Shown in pieces: positions 40,832-49,727 of a DNA stretch of 64,000 bases. The DNA lies in the NCBI GenBank assembly GCA_965661125.1, contig CBFICI010000004.1, positions 40,544 through 104,543 of the forward strand. Direction: 5' to 3'. The notes under the pieces are model-generated. The model ran no database searches and was not told the origin of the DNA. It saw nothing but the letters and a program-made list of their open reading frames with translations. A program made the position numbers and the translations under genes. Numbering within the stretch: position 1 is the stretch's first letter; each line of letters starts with the position of its first letter. This DNA comes from Pseudomonadales bacterium (GTDB lineage: Bacteria > Pseudomonadota > Gammaproteobacteria > Pseudomonadales > GM7GCV1).

Positions 40832-42901
40832 ATGGATTGGTCAACAATAAAACACTGGCGCCTGCAGCAGCATGAAAGCTGCGCCGAGCTGGTGCTGGAC
40901 AAGGCCGAAACTTCGGTCAATGTGCTGAGCGATGAAGTGCTGGGCGAGCTGGAGCAAATTGTCGAGTGGCTGGAGGTCAACCCGGTGCAAGGGCTGATGA
41001 TTTCCAGCGCCAAGCCGGCCGGCTTTCTGGCTGGCGCCGATATCAGCGAATTTCAGGAGCTGGATACCCACGAAGCGGTAATCGCCAAATTGCAGCGCGG
41101 GCAGCTGTTGTTTTTGCGTGTCGAGAGGCTGCCCTTTCCAACTGTGGCTCTGGTTCACGGACATTGCCTGGGCGGTGGTATGGAGTTGGCATTGGCCTGC
41201 GACTATCGGGTTGCCGACAGTTCGGACGATACCAAGATGGGCCTGCCCGAAGTGAAACTGGGCATTCATCCGGGCTATGGCGGCGCGGTGCGTTTGCCAC
41301 GCCTGATTGACCCCGGCCAGGCCCTGCAGTTGATGCTGAGTGGGCGCAGCCTATCGGGCAGGGCAGCCAAACGCGCAGGTGTTGCCGACATGGCTGTGCA
41401 TAAACGATACCTGGGTGATGCCGGGCGCGCCTTGCTCAAAAAAGGCAAGCGCAAGCACAAGCAAACGCTGAAACGCAGTCTCTATTCGCTTCCCCCGGTT
41501 CGCTCTCTTTACGCCTCGATGGCGGCGAAGCAGGTGCGAAAAAAGGCCCGCCCGGATCATTACCCGGCGCCCTATCGCATCATGGAATTCTGGAAACAGA
41601 ATCCGCGCGGTCAGGAGTCTGCCTATATGGCTGAGGCCGAGTCGGTTGCAAAACTGTTTGCCGGCGAGGCCTCGCGCCGGGCGATAGAAAACCTGGTGCG
41701 AATATTCCTTCTCGATAGCCAGCTCAAGGCCGCCGGCAAACGCAGTAAATTCGAAGGAAATCGGGTGCATGTGGTAGGCGCAGGAGTTATGGGTGGCGAC
41801 ATCGCTGCCTGGTGTGCGCTGAGTGGTTTTCAGGTCACCCTGCAGGATGCCAAGCCGGAGTTTATTGCGCCGGCGATGCAGCGGGCGCGCAAACTGTTTC
41901 AACGCAAATTGAAGAAGCCTCATCTGGTCGATGCGGCGCTGGATCGTCTTATTCCTGACGTGCAGGGCAATGGCGTACCCACAGCTGACCTGGTGATTGA
42001 GGCAATCACCGAGCGGCTGGATGCCAAAAAAGGTCTCTATGCCAGCCTCGAGCCCCGTATGAAGGACTCGGCGCTGCTCGCCAGCAATACCTCCAGCTTG
42101 CCCTTGGAGGAACTGTCGGCCGACCTGCAGAGGCCAGAACGTCTGGTAGGTATTCACTTCTTTAACCCGGTTGCCCTGATGCAGCTGGTTGAGGTGGTGC
42201 GTGGCAAGAACAGCTCTGAACAGTCGGTTGAGCTGGCTCTGGCCTTCGTCAACCGTATTCGCAAACTACCGCTGACAGTCAAGAGCTCGCCGGGCTTTCT
42301 GGTTAACCGGGTGTTGATGGCGTATCTGGGCGAGTCGATGCGCATGCTGGAGCAGGGAATACAGGCCGAGTATATCGACCAGCTGGCAGTGGAGCTGGGT
42401 ATGCCGATGGGGCCGATTGAATTGGCGGATACCGTTGGCCTGGATATATGCGAAGCCGTGGCACAGGAGATGATTCATGCCTTCGGCGGAGAAGACAGCG
42501 ATATTATTCGCAAGAAGGTTGAGGCTGGGAAGTTGGGTAAAAAATCCGGAGAAGGCTTTTACAGCTGGAGCAAAGGCAAACCCGACAAGAAAGCAGTTCA
42601 GGCTGGTTCGGAGCCCCGCGATCTGGTGCGCGACCGGATGCTGTACATGATGCTGAACGAATCGGTGCAGTGCCTGGCTGAAGCTGTAGTAGAGGATGCC
42701 GACGGCCTGGATATGGGCATGATATTCGGCACCGGTTTTCCCCCTTTCCAGGGCGGCCCAATGCAGTATTTGCGCAGTCATGACACGCAGAGTTGTCTGC
42801 AGCGCCTGCAAGAACTGGAAAGCAAGATAGGCGAGCGTTTTGCGCCCAAACCCGGCTGGCAGCAACTGAATGCCGATGCCCGCATGGAGTCGTCCTCATG
42901 A
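40832..42901 (+). CDS. Bifunctional enoyl-CoA hydratase / 3-hydroxyacyl-CoA dehydrogenase (FadB/FadJ-like)
   Basis: N-terminal crotonase fold (GFLAGADISEF, GHCLGGGMELALACDYR). C-terminal Rossmann HACD domain (VHVVGAGVMGGDIA, NTSSL). The start is either ATG 40832 (GGGGGA RBS) or GTG 40811. Confidence 0.9.
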   Translation: MDWSTIKHWRLQQHESCAELVLDKAETSVNVLSDEVLGELEQIVEWLEVNPVQGLMISSAKPAGFLAGADISEFQELDTHEAVIAKLQRGQLLFLRVERLPFPTVALVHGHCLGGGMELALACDYRVADSSDDTKMGLPEVKLGIHPGYGGAVRLPRLIDPGQALQLMLSGRSLSGRAAKRAGVADMAVHKRYLGDAGRALLKKGKRKHKQTLKRSLYSLPPVRSLYASMAAKQVRKKARPDHYPAPYRIMEFWKQNPRGQESAYMAEAESVAKLFAGEASRRAIENLVRIFLLDSQLKAAGKRSKFEGNRVHVVGAGVMGGDIAAWCALSGFQVTLQDAKPEFIAPAMQRARKLFQRKLKKPHLVDAALDRLIPDVQGNGVPTADLVIEAITERLDAKKGLYASLEPRMKDSALLASNTSSLPLEELSADLQRPERLVGIHFFNPVALMQLVEVVRGKNSSEQSVELALAFVNRIRKLPLTVKSSPGFLVNRVLMAYLGESMRMLEQGIQAEYIDQLAVELGMPMGPIELADTVGLDICEAVAQEMIHAFGGEDSDIIRKKVEAGKLGKKSGEGFYSWSKGKPDKKAVQAGSEPRDLVRDRMLYMMLNESVQCLAEAVVEDADGLDMGMIFGTGFPPFQGGPMQYLRSHDTQSCLQRLQELESKIGERFAPKPGWQQLNADARMESSS

Positions 42902-43857
42902 GCTTGCCAGACAGTCTGCAAGGGCGGCTTCAGCTACCCTTGATCGGGGCTCCCATGTTTATTGTGTCTGGGCCAGAACTGGTTATAGCGCAATGCCGAT
43001 CGGGAATCGTGGGTTCTTTCCCGGCACTGAATGCCCGCCCCAAGGAATTGTTGCACGACTGGTTGGCGCAAATCACCGAAGCCTTGCAACAGCCTTGCGA
43101 CGGGCCCGTAGCACCCTATGCCGTCAACCAGATATGCCACCCCTCGAATGACCGTCTCGAGCACGATGTGCGCGCCTGCGTCGAACACCGAGTGCCTATT
43201 GTGATTACCAGCCTGGCGCCGCCGGCGGAAATCGTACAGGCCGTGCACAGTTATGGTGGGCTGGTGTTTCACGATGTCATCAGCGTGCGGCATGCAAAAA
43301 AGGCCGCGCAGCAGGGTGTGGATGGTCTCATTCTGGTGGCAGCCGGAGCCGGTGGTCACGCCGGCCCCCTGAGTCCCTTCGCGCTGGTACAGGAAGTGCG
43401 CCAGTGGTTTGACGGCTGCATTATTCTTTCCGGTTCCATCGCCTCGGGCGAGGCTGTACTGGCTGCAGAGGCCATGGGCGCCGACCTGGCTTACAGCGGT
43501 ACCCGCTTTATTGCCACCCGGGAAGCCAATGCCGAATCCGACTACAAGCAAATGCTGGTGGACTGTTCGGCGTCGGATATTGTCTACAGCTCACTTTTTA
43601 CCGGCGTGCACGGAAATTACCTGAAACCCTCGATTCAGCGCGCAGGACTCGACCCCGAAAACCTTCCGGAAGGCGACAAATCGGATATGGATTTCGCCAA
43701 ACTTTCCGGCGGGGTAAAGGCATGGAAAGACATTTGGGGAGCCGGTCAGGGTCTGGGTGCAATCGATTCAGTTGAGCCCGCAGCGCAGGTGGTGGAAAAG
43801 ATGAAGCGCGAATACCTTGATGCACGCGAGCGCATTCTCAAGTCACAGTGGCAATAG
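42898..43857 (+). CDS. Nitronate monooxygenase family (NMO/2-nitropropane dioxygenase-like) FMN protein
   Basis: LPLIGAPMFIVSGPELV and VAAGAGGHAG are present. ATGA overlap with the upstream gene. Confidence 0.85.
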   Translation: MSLPDSLQGRLQLPLIGAPMFIVSGPELVIAQCRSGIVGSFPALNARPKELLHDWLAQITEALQQPCDGPVAPYAVNQICHPSNDRLEHDVRACVEHRVPIVITSLAPPAEIVQAVHSYGGLVFHDVISVRHAKKAAQQGVDGLILVAAGAGGHAGPLSPFALVQEVRQWFDGCIILSGSIASGEAVLAAEAMGADLAYSGTRFIATREANAESDYKQMLVDCSASDIVYSSLFTGVHGNYLKPSIQRAGLDPENLPEGDKSDMDFAKLSGGVKAWKDIWGAGQGLGAIDSVEPAAQVVEKMKREYLDARERILKSQWQ

Positions 43858-43870
43858 CGAGATTCATGTC

Positions 43871-44626
43871 ATGATCCAATTTAGCCGGGAAGACGGCCTG
43901 CTGCAGATGCGGTTGCAGCGACCCGACAAGATGAACGCCATGACAGGGGACATGTACCTGGCCATGGCCGAGCAATTGCTGCAGGCACAGTCGGACGAAT
44001 CGGTGCGCGCGATTCTCTTGTGCTCCGAGGGCGACCACTTTTGTGCCGGAAACGACATGGGCGATTTTGCCCGCATTGCCAAGTCTGCCGGTGATGACCC
44101 CGATCCGGCTGAATTCCCTCCGGTACATTTGCTGCATGCGCTGGTAGACAACCAGGTTCCAATGCTTGCGGCGGTGCGCGGTAATGCTGTGGGTATTGGC
44201 CTCACTCTGTTATTGCACTGCGATCTGGTGGTTTGTGCGCGCGATGCGCGGTTGCAGACCCCCTTTGTTGATCTCGGTCTGGTGCCGGAAGCGGGCTCCA
44301 GTCGTCTTATGCCGCAGCGATTCGGCCGCGCTGTGGCGAGCGAGCTTCTGCTGTTGGGTGCGCCGATCAGTGGTCAACGCGCGTATGAAATAGGTCTATG
44401 CAACCGCGTTGTGGATGCCGCCGAAGTGGACGAGGCAGCCCTTGGCATGGCCAGGCTGCTGGCGCAAAAACCGCCGCAGGCGTTGCGGGCCAGTCGTGCC
44501 CTGTTGCAGGAGGATGCCGGCGAATTGCATCAACTGATCGACCGCGAACTGAAAGTATTTTTCCGACACCTGAAGAGTCCCGAGTCGGCTCGCGCCATGC
44601 AGACGTTTTTCCAGCGAAAACCCTGA
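43871..44626 (+). CDS. Enoyl-CoA hydratase/isomerase family protein
   Basis: Crotonase motifs: RPDKMNAM, FCAGNDM and VRGNAVGIGLTLLLHCDLV. Confidence 0.88.
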   Translation: MIQFSREDGLLQMRLQRPDKMNAMTGDMYLAMAEQLLQAQSDESVRAILLCSEGDHFCAGNDMGDFARIAKSAGDDPDPAEFPPVHLLHALVDNQVPMLAAVRGNAVGIGLTLLLHCDLVVCARDARLQTPFVDLGLVPEAGSSRLMPQRFGRAVASELLLLGAPISGQRAYEIGLCNRVVDAAEVDEAALGMARLLAQKPPQALRASRALLQEDAGELHQLIDRELKVFFRHLKSPESARAMQTFFQRKP

Positions 44627-44627
44627 C

Positions 44628-45101
44628 ATGAATGCGGCCAAAGCCCAACAGCTCTGGTATCAGCTTTCCGGTCTGGAGTTTGTGCGCGCCTGCGTAGAGG
44701 GGCAAATCACTCTTGGCAGCATGGCCGATACCATGGCGATCCGCCCGGTGGCTGCGGAAGAGGGCTATTTAAAGCTGGAAGTAACGCCTGACCAACGCCA
44801 CCTTAACCCGGCCGGCATGGTGCACGGAGGCTATGCGGCTACGGTACTGGATATGGCGACAGGTATCGTGGTTCAGACTGTTTTGCAGTCGGGCCAGAGC
44901 TGTGTGACGGTCGACCTGCAGGTACAGATGATAAAGTCTTTGCCTCTGGCGGTTGCCTGTGTAGCCGAGGGCTTTATTACAAGGCGCACACGCCAGTTGG
45001 CATTCACTCGCGGGCATCTGCTGGATCAGCAGGGTGAGATTTTCGCCCATGCCCAGTCCACCGTCATGATTCGCGAAGGCGCTCCTCCCACTCCAAGATA
45101 A
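44628..45101 (+). CDS. PaaI-family hotdog-fold thioesterase
   Basis: HLNPAGMVHGGYAATVLDMATG is the PaaI signature. Confidence 0.85.
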   Translation: MNAAKAQQLWYQLSGLEFVRACVEGQITLGSMADTMAIRPVAAEEGYLKLEVTPDQRHLNPAGMVHGGYAATVLDMATGIVVQTVLQSGQSCVTVDLQVQMIKSLPLAVACVAEGFITRRTRQLAFTRGHLLDQQGEIFAHAQSTVMIREGAPPTPR

Positions 45102-45246
45102 AGCGGTGGGCGCCCCCGCCACCTTGCGAACTTCCCCTGCTTGTGGGATAAATTGTCAGCCTGCAAAGGCGTTTGCATGCGCCGGGCAACTCTGTACCGA
45201 AAGCAATCGCAGTTACCGATACCACTGACCGGGGGGATTTTGTGGC

Positions 45247-46641
45247 ATGAAGTCATTACAAGGCATGGCCAAGCCGTTTGTTGTATTTGTCGAGCGTTAT
45301 TACCCCGACCCCTTTGTTTTTGCCATCCTTTTGACCTTTCTCACCCTGCTGTTGGCACTTCTTCTGACCGATGCCAGTCCCTCAGCCGCCATCCTCTCCT
45401 GGGGCGATGGCCTACCTATGTTGCTGGCCTTTACCTGCCAGGTTTGCCTGACACTGGTGGCCGCTCACGCGCTGGCTCATACCGACCCCATGCAGAGGTT
45501 GCTTTACCGTATTAGCGCTATCCCGAAAACGCCAGTACAGGCATATGCACTGGTTGCGGCGGCATCCGGCATGTTCAGCCTGGTCGCCTGGTCGCTGGGA
45601 TTGGTGGCGGGCGCCATTCTGGCTCGTGAAGTGGGTATCGGAACGAAAAAACGTGGCCTCAAGATTCACTACCCCCTGCTGGTTGCCTCCGCCTATGCCG
45701 GCTTCGTGGTTTGGCATATGGGCTACAGCGGTTCGGCTACCCTGGCCGTGGCAACGCCCGGGAACAACGTCGAAAGCCTGGTGGGCCTTATTCCGGTCAG
45801 CCAAACCATGCTGACCTGGCAAAATATTCTTCTGGCTTCCTTGACGGTACTCGCGATTGCGGTGGTTTGCCCTCTGATGCGGCCACGCGACAACGAGATA
45901 CTTGAAGCCGATCTGAGTGCTCTTGAACAGGCCGCCACTGAACAGAGCTCGCTGGAAGAGGCGAACTCGGCCGCCCCGGCTTCCCAGGGAACGCAGTCTC
46001 TCGAGGGCGGACGCACCCTGGCGCAAATTCTGGATGGCTCGCGGTTGCTGAGTTTGTCTATTGGCGGCTTGCTCGCGGCCTACCTGCTGATGTGGTTTGT
46101 TCGCAATGGCCGGTTCGATTTGAACCTGAATGTTGTAATTTTTACCTTTGTGGCGCTGGGGCTGTTGATGGCAAGGTCGCCGCTTCACTATGTGAACCTC
46201 ATTGTCAATGCGGGCAGCACCGTGGGTTTGCTGCTTCTGCAATACCCGCTTTACGCGGGCATCCTTGGCCTGATGCAAGGCACAGGTCTGGCTACCCTGA
46301 TTTCCAACTTCTTCACCAGCATTGCCACGGCCGATACCCTTCCGTTTTTCGCCTTTCTGGCTGGCGGGCTGGTGAATATGTTTATTCCTTCCGGCGGCGG
46401 GCAGTGGGCCGTGCAGGGCCCAATTTTTCTCGAGTCGGCGCTGCAGCTGGGAGCCGACCCCGCCACGGTGGTGCTGGGCGTAGCCTACGGAGACCAGTGG
46501 ACCAATGCCATTCAGCCCTTCTGGACAATACCGGTACTGGCCATTGCTGGCCTGCATATGCGCCAGATTATGGGCTACACCTTCATAATTTTCCTGCTGA
46601 CCTTCCTGATATTCGGCGGCGGCTTGCTTTTGCTTTTCTAG
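45247..46641 (+). CDS. atoE: Short-chain fatty acid transporter (AtoE family)
   Basis: FVERYYPDPFVFAILLT, IPSGGGQWAVQGP and a polytopic membrane profile. Confidence 0.85.
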   Translation: MKSLQGMAKPFVVFVERYYPDPFVFAILLTFLTLLLALLLTDASPSAAILSWGDGLPMLLAFTCQVCLTLVAAHALAHTDPMQRLLYRISAIPKTPVQAYALVAAASGMFSLVAWSLGLVAGAILAREVGIGTKKRGLKIHYPLLVASAYAGFVVWHMGYSGSATLAVATPGNNVESLVGLIPVSQTMLTWQNILLASLTVLAIAVVCPLMRPRDNEILEADLSALEQAATEQSSLEEANSAAPASQGTQSLEGGRTLAQILDGSRLLSLSIGGLLAAYLLMWFVRNGRFDLNLNVVIFTFVALGLLMARSPLHYVNLIVNAGSTVGLLLLQYPLYAGILGLMQGTGLATLISNFFTSIATADTLPFFAFLAGGLVNMFIPSGGGQWAVQGPIFLESALQLGADPATVVLGVAYGDQWTNAIQPFWTIPVLAIAGLHMRQIMGYTFIIFLLTFLIFGGGLLLLF

Positions 46642-46965
46642 TTGTTGGGTCGATATCGGTGGACAGGGTTAGCCCTTTTCTGCGCGATTTGCCCGCAATG
46701 CGCGTGACGCAGTCTACATTTTGCCTTTTTGCGTCAGGCGCATAGGCCGCAAAAGCTGGATTGCCAGCCAAACTCTGCCAACAATAGGCTCAAGGGCAAT
46801 TGCGCCGGCTTCTTAGTGGGCTAGGGGCAATAAGCATGAAGTTGTGCACAAAAATCCGGCCGCAATCGGAAAGTTGGCCTATTTAGCTTTCCAAAAGGCC
46901 TGATCAAGTTGCTTAACCGCAACAGGCGCGCAACAATCGAAGTGGGGACATTCCAGGTAAGGAAT

Positions 46966-47487
46966 ATGCAACGAGTTAAAGGATACAGCCTGATAGAAGT
47001 AATGGTCGTTGTGGCCATTATTGCCATAATGGCAGGGGTCGGTGCGCCCCAGCTGGGCAATTGGCTGCAAAGCAACCAGATTCACGGGCAGTCAGCTTCG
47101 CTGTCCGGTCTGTTGCGTTCCGCCCGGGTGGAAGCCCTGACCCGCAACAATTCAGTTACCCTTTCCACGTCTGCAGGAGGCAGCGACTGGAAGGGCACGG
47201 TGCGCATGTACCTGGATGCATCGGGTGGCAACAGTGCCTTCACGCCCGCTGACGGCGACATACTCATTCGCGAAATGGACCTTGCCCCCGGAAATACCAC
47301 CATATTTGGCAATACGCCGGCTCAGGACTTTGTGAGCTTCACCAACGAAGGCCGCCTTGACGAGACGGATCCTGTGGTGATGGCAGTTTGCGGAAGTGAC
47401 GGGGTTGCTGCCGATGGCTATCGCATTGAAATAAATGTGGTCGGCCGGGTGTCGGAGCGCCAGGGTGCGCAGGACTGCACGCCATGA
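46966..47487 (+). CDS. fimU: Type IV pilus minor pilin FimU/FimT (GspH family)
   Basis: Prepilin leader MQRVKG/YSLIEVMVVVAIIAIMA. AAGGAA RBS. It is the first gene of the minor-pilin operon. Confidence 0.85.
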   Translation: MQRVKGYSLIEVMVVVAIIAIMAGVGAPQLGNWLQSNQIHGQSASLSGLLRSARVEALTRNNSVTLSTSAGGSDWKGTVRMYLDASGGNSAFTPADGDILIREMDLAPGNTTIFGNTPAQDFVSFTNEGRLDETDPVVMAVCGSDGVAADGYRIEINVVGRVSERQGAQDCTP

Positions 47488-48086
47488 AGACTCTTCGCCA
47501 ACAGTCAGGCATCAGCATGATCGAACTGCTGGTTTCGCTGGCCATTTTTACTATCGGTTTGGCCGGGTTCGCCACCCTGCAAATGCGGTCCATGCAGGAG
47601 GGTTTTGATACCAGCCAGCGTTCGGTGGCCATTTGGCGCGCGCAGGAACTGGCCGATCGCGTTCGGGCCAACAACAGCGAACTGGATACCTACATGGCCA
47701 GCGTCAACGACGCCAATATCTGCAGTGCTGCGCCAACTCGCTGCGCCGACTACTGGGGTGGCGGCGGCGAGGTGGCGGCTGCTGCCTGCACGGCGGCGCA
47801 AGTGGCCGCTTTTGATGCCTGGGATGTACTCTGCAACGGCGCCGATGCGACGGATGCGGCCCTGGTTGAATCGGATATCTCACTGGCTTGCGACGACATC
47901 GATGCCACCGATGCAGCGGCCTGCAGCGATGGCAGCGCCTTGACCCTCGAAGTGTGCTGGACATCCCGGTCGGCCACTGGCGATGACCAGATTGCTGCAG
48001 TGCGCGCTGGCAATGTGCCTACCGACTGCGCCAACAGCGACCTGTCCTACCTGTTCGAGTATTACACCCTGGAGTTTCGCCCATGA
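47484..48086 (+). CDS. pilV: Type IV pilus minor pilin PilV
   Basis: Leader MKTLRQQSG/ISMIELLVSLAIFTIGLAG. ATGA overlap with fimU. Confidence 0.85.
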   Translation: MKTLRQQSGISMIELLVSLAIFTIGLAGFATLQMRSMQEGFDTSQRSVAIWRAQELADRVRANNSELDTYMASVNDANICSAAPTRCADYWGGGGEVAAAACTAAQVAAFDAWDVLCNGADATDAALVESDISLACDDIDATDAAACSDGSALTLEVCWTSRSATGDDQIAAVRAGNVPTDCANSDLSYLFEYYTLEFRP

Positions 48087-48847
48087 GGATGCGCAGAAGC
48101 CAGGGCTATACCCTGATCGAGCTGATGATCTCGGTCGCCATGGGCGTGATCATGATCGCGGTTGCGGTACAGTACCTGATTGGTGCCAGCGGCACTTTTA
48201 ACGCCACCGAAACGCTGGGCCGCACCCAGGAAAACGCTCGTTTTGCGCTTTCTATTATGGCGCGCGATTTGCGCATGGCCGGCTACGGTGACCCGGCGAT
48301 GGGTGACCGCCCCGGGTTCTTCTTTCGCGATGATTGCGGCAGCTTCTCACCCTGTACCGCCGACGGTGGTGCCAGCAACCCCGACAGGCTGGCGGTTTGG
48401 ATGAATCCGCCGCCCGATGACGGCAGTGACATCGATTGCACTGCCAGCGCAGTTGCGGCAGATGACCAGATTGCAAACCTCTATTACCTTGAGACAGCGG
48501 ACGATGGAGTGACCAGCCTGATGTGCCGGGGCTACAACGTGTCCACCAGCGCCTGGGTAGCCACGGCTCAACCCATGGTGGATGGCGTAGACAATATGCA
48601 AATTCTTTACGGTGTTACCAACAACGGCGAAATTAGCCAGTTTGTTTCCGCTGACGCAGTGGCTAACTGGAGCGCAGTGGTTTCGGTGCGGCTGGTTCTG
48701 CTGGTCAGTACCGGCCTGGAAAACGGGTCCAGTGGCGCCGACACACGCAGTTACGAGCTGGCCGATTCGCCTACGCTCGATCTCACCGATAACTTTAACC
48801 GGCGTGTCTTCTCGACAACCGTGGTGATTAACAATGCCATCCTCTAG
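48083..48847 (+). CDS. pilW: Type IV pilus minor pilin PilW
   Basis: Leader MRMRRSQG/YTLIELMISVAMG. ENARFALSIMARDLRMAGY is also present. ATGA overlap with pilV. Confidence 0.85.
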   Translation: MRMRRSQGYTLIELMISVAMGVIMIAVAVQYLIGASGTFNATETLGRTQENARFALSIMARDLRMAGYGDPAMGDRPGFFFRDDCGSFSPCTADGGASNPDRLAVWMNPPPDDGSDIDCTASAVAADDQIANLYYLETADDGVTSLMCRGYNVSTSAWVATAQPMVDGVDNMQILYGVTNNGEISQFVSADAVANWSAVVSVRLVLLVSTGLENGSSGADTRSYELADSPTLDLTDNFNRRVFSTTVVINNAIL

Positions 48848-49325
48848 CCGACATCTGCGCCCGCTCGCCCGCGCACAACGGGGCGCCACCATGATTGTAG
48901 TGGTGGTTATTCTGGCCGTTATGACCCTGCTGGGTATCACAGCGGTTTCCGACAACAGCATGCAATCGGCCATGGTGCGCAACAATCAGCTGCAGATGCT
49001 GGCCTACAACACCGCTCTGAGCGAAATCAATGCACAGATACACGAATTCAATGTGTTGCTGGATACGCAAAAGTTACTGGATGCGCTGGCTGACTCCGAG
49101 GGTTTGCGCGAGCTGAACCCGGGCGAGATATACGAGCAACTGCGCGGTACCCAGTTCAATCAGGATGTGGAAATTACCTTCGAGTACGAGGGGCCTTCCT
49201 GGGCGGGCAACGAGGTAGGAACCTTCCGCGAACTGTTCTACGAGATTGAAAGCGACGCCATCCTGCCGGGCACCGCCACGCGCTCCGACCAGGTGCAGGG
49301 CATTTCATTCATTGCACCCAACTGA
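48834..49325 (+). CDS. pilX: Type IV pilus minor pilin PilX
   Basis: ARAQRG/ATMIVVVVILAVMTLLG is a PilX_N-type hydrophobic N-terminus without Glu5. It overlaps pilW by 14 nt. Confidence 0.8.
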   Translation: MPSSSRHLRPLARAQRGATMIVVVVILAVMTLLGITAVSDNSMQSAMVRNNQLQMLAYNTALSEINAQIHEFNVLLDTQKLLDALADSEGLRELNPGEIYEQLRGTQFNQDVEITFEYEGPSWAGNEVGTFRELFYEIESDAILPGTATRSDQVQGISFIAPN

Positions 49326-49334
49326 GGTGAAGAC

Positions 49335-49724
49335 ATGAACCAATTACATTCGATTTTCCGCGCGGCCGCATTGCTGGCCCTGTTATTCGCGCCCATTTCA
49401 AAGGCGATGGATTTTCTGTACGTGGAAGACACGGTGGAGTATGCCAAGCTGGTTTCGGTGCAGTTTGATACGGCGGCGCGGCGTGGCACGCTGGTACTAG
49501 AGCATGATTGCGCTGCCTGCCCGACACAAATCAATTACAACAGCAGCATGCTGCTGGAGACACCCTTTGGCAAAAACCGGCCACTACAGGAAATTGTGGA
49601 GTGGCAGGGCAACCCTGTGATGGTGCATTACAGCTTGCCGACGCCGGTGGCTACCCAGGTAGTGATATACCCATTAAACGCGGAGGTCGACGATTTTGAA
49701 ACTGTCGATCAGGCCGAGGAGTAA
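49335..49724 (+). CDS. Hypothetical small secreted protein with CxxC motif, inserted between pilX and pilY1
   Basis: GAGGTGA RBS. Signal peptide MNQLHSIFRAAALLALLFAPISKA. It contains HDCAACP and an acidic C-terminus. I recognise no family. Confidence 0.6.
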   Translation: MNQLHSIFRAAALLALLFAPISKAMDFLYVEDTVEYAKLVSVQFDTAARRGTLVLEHDCAACPTQINYNSSMLLETPFGKNRPLQEIVEWQGNPVMVHYSLPTPVATQVVIYPLNAEVDDFETVDQAEE

Positions 49725-49727
49725 GTT

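Noticed and set aside
46870-46890. A sigma-54 promoter upstream of fimU (TGGCCTATTTAGCTT).
   Set aside because: The GG and GC elements are spaced 2 nt too close relative to the TGGCAC-N5-TTGC consensus.
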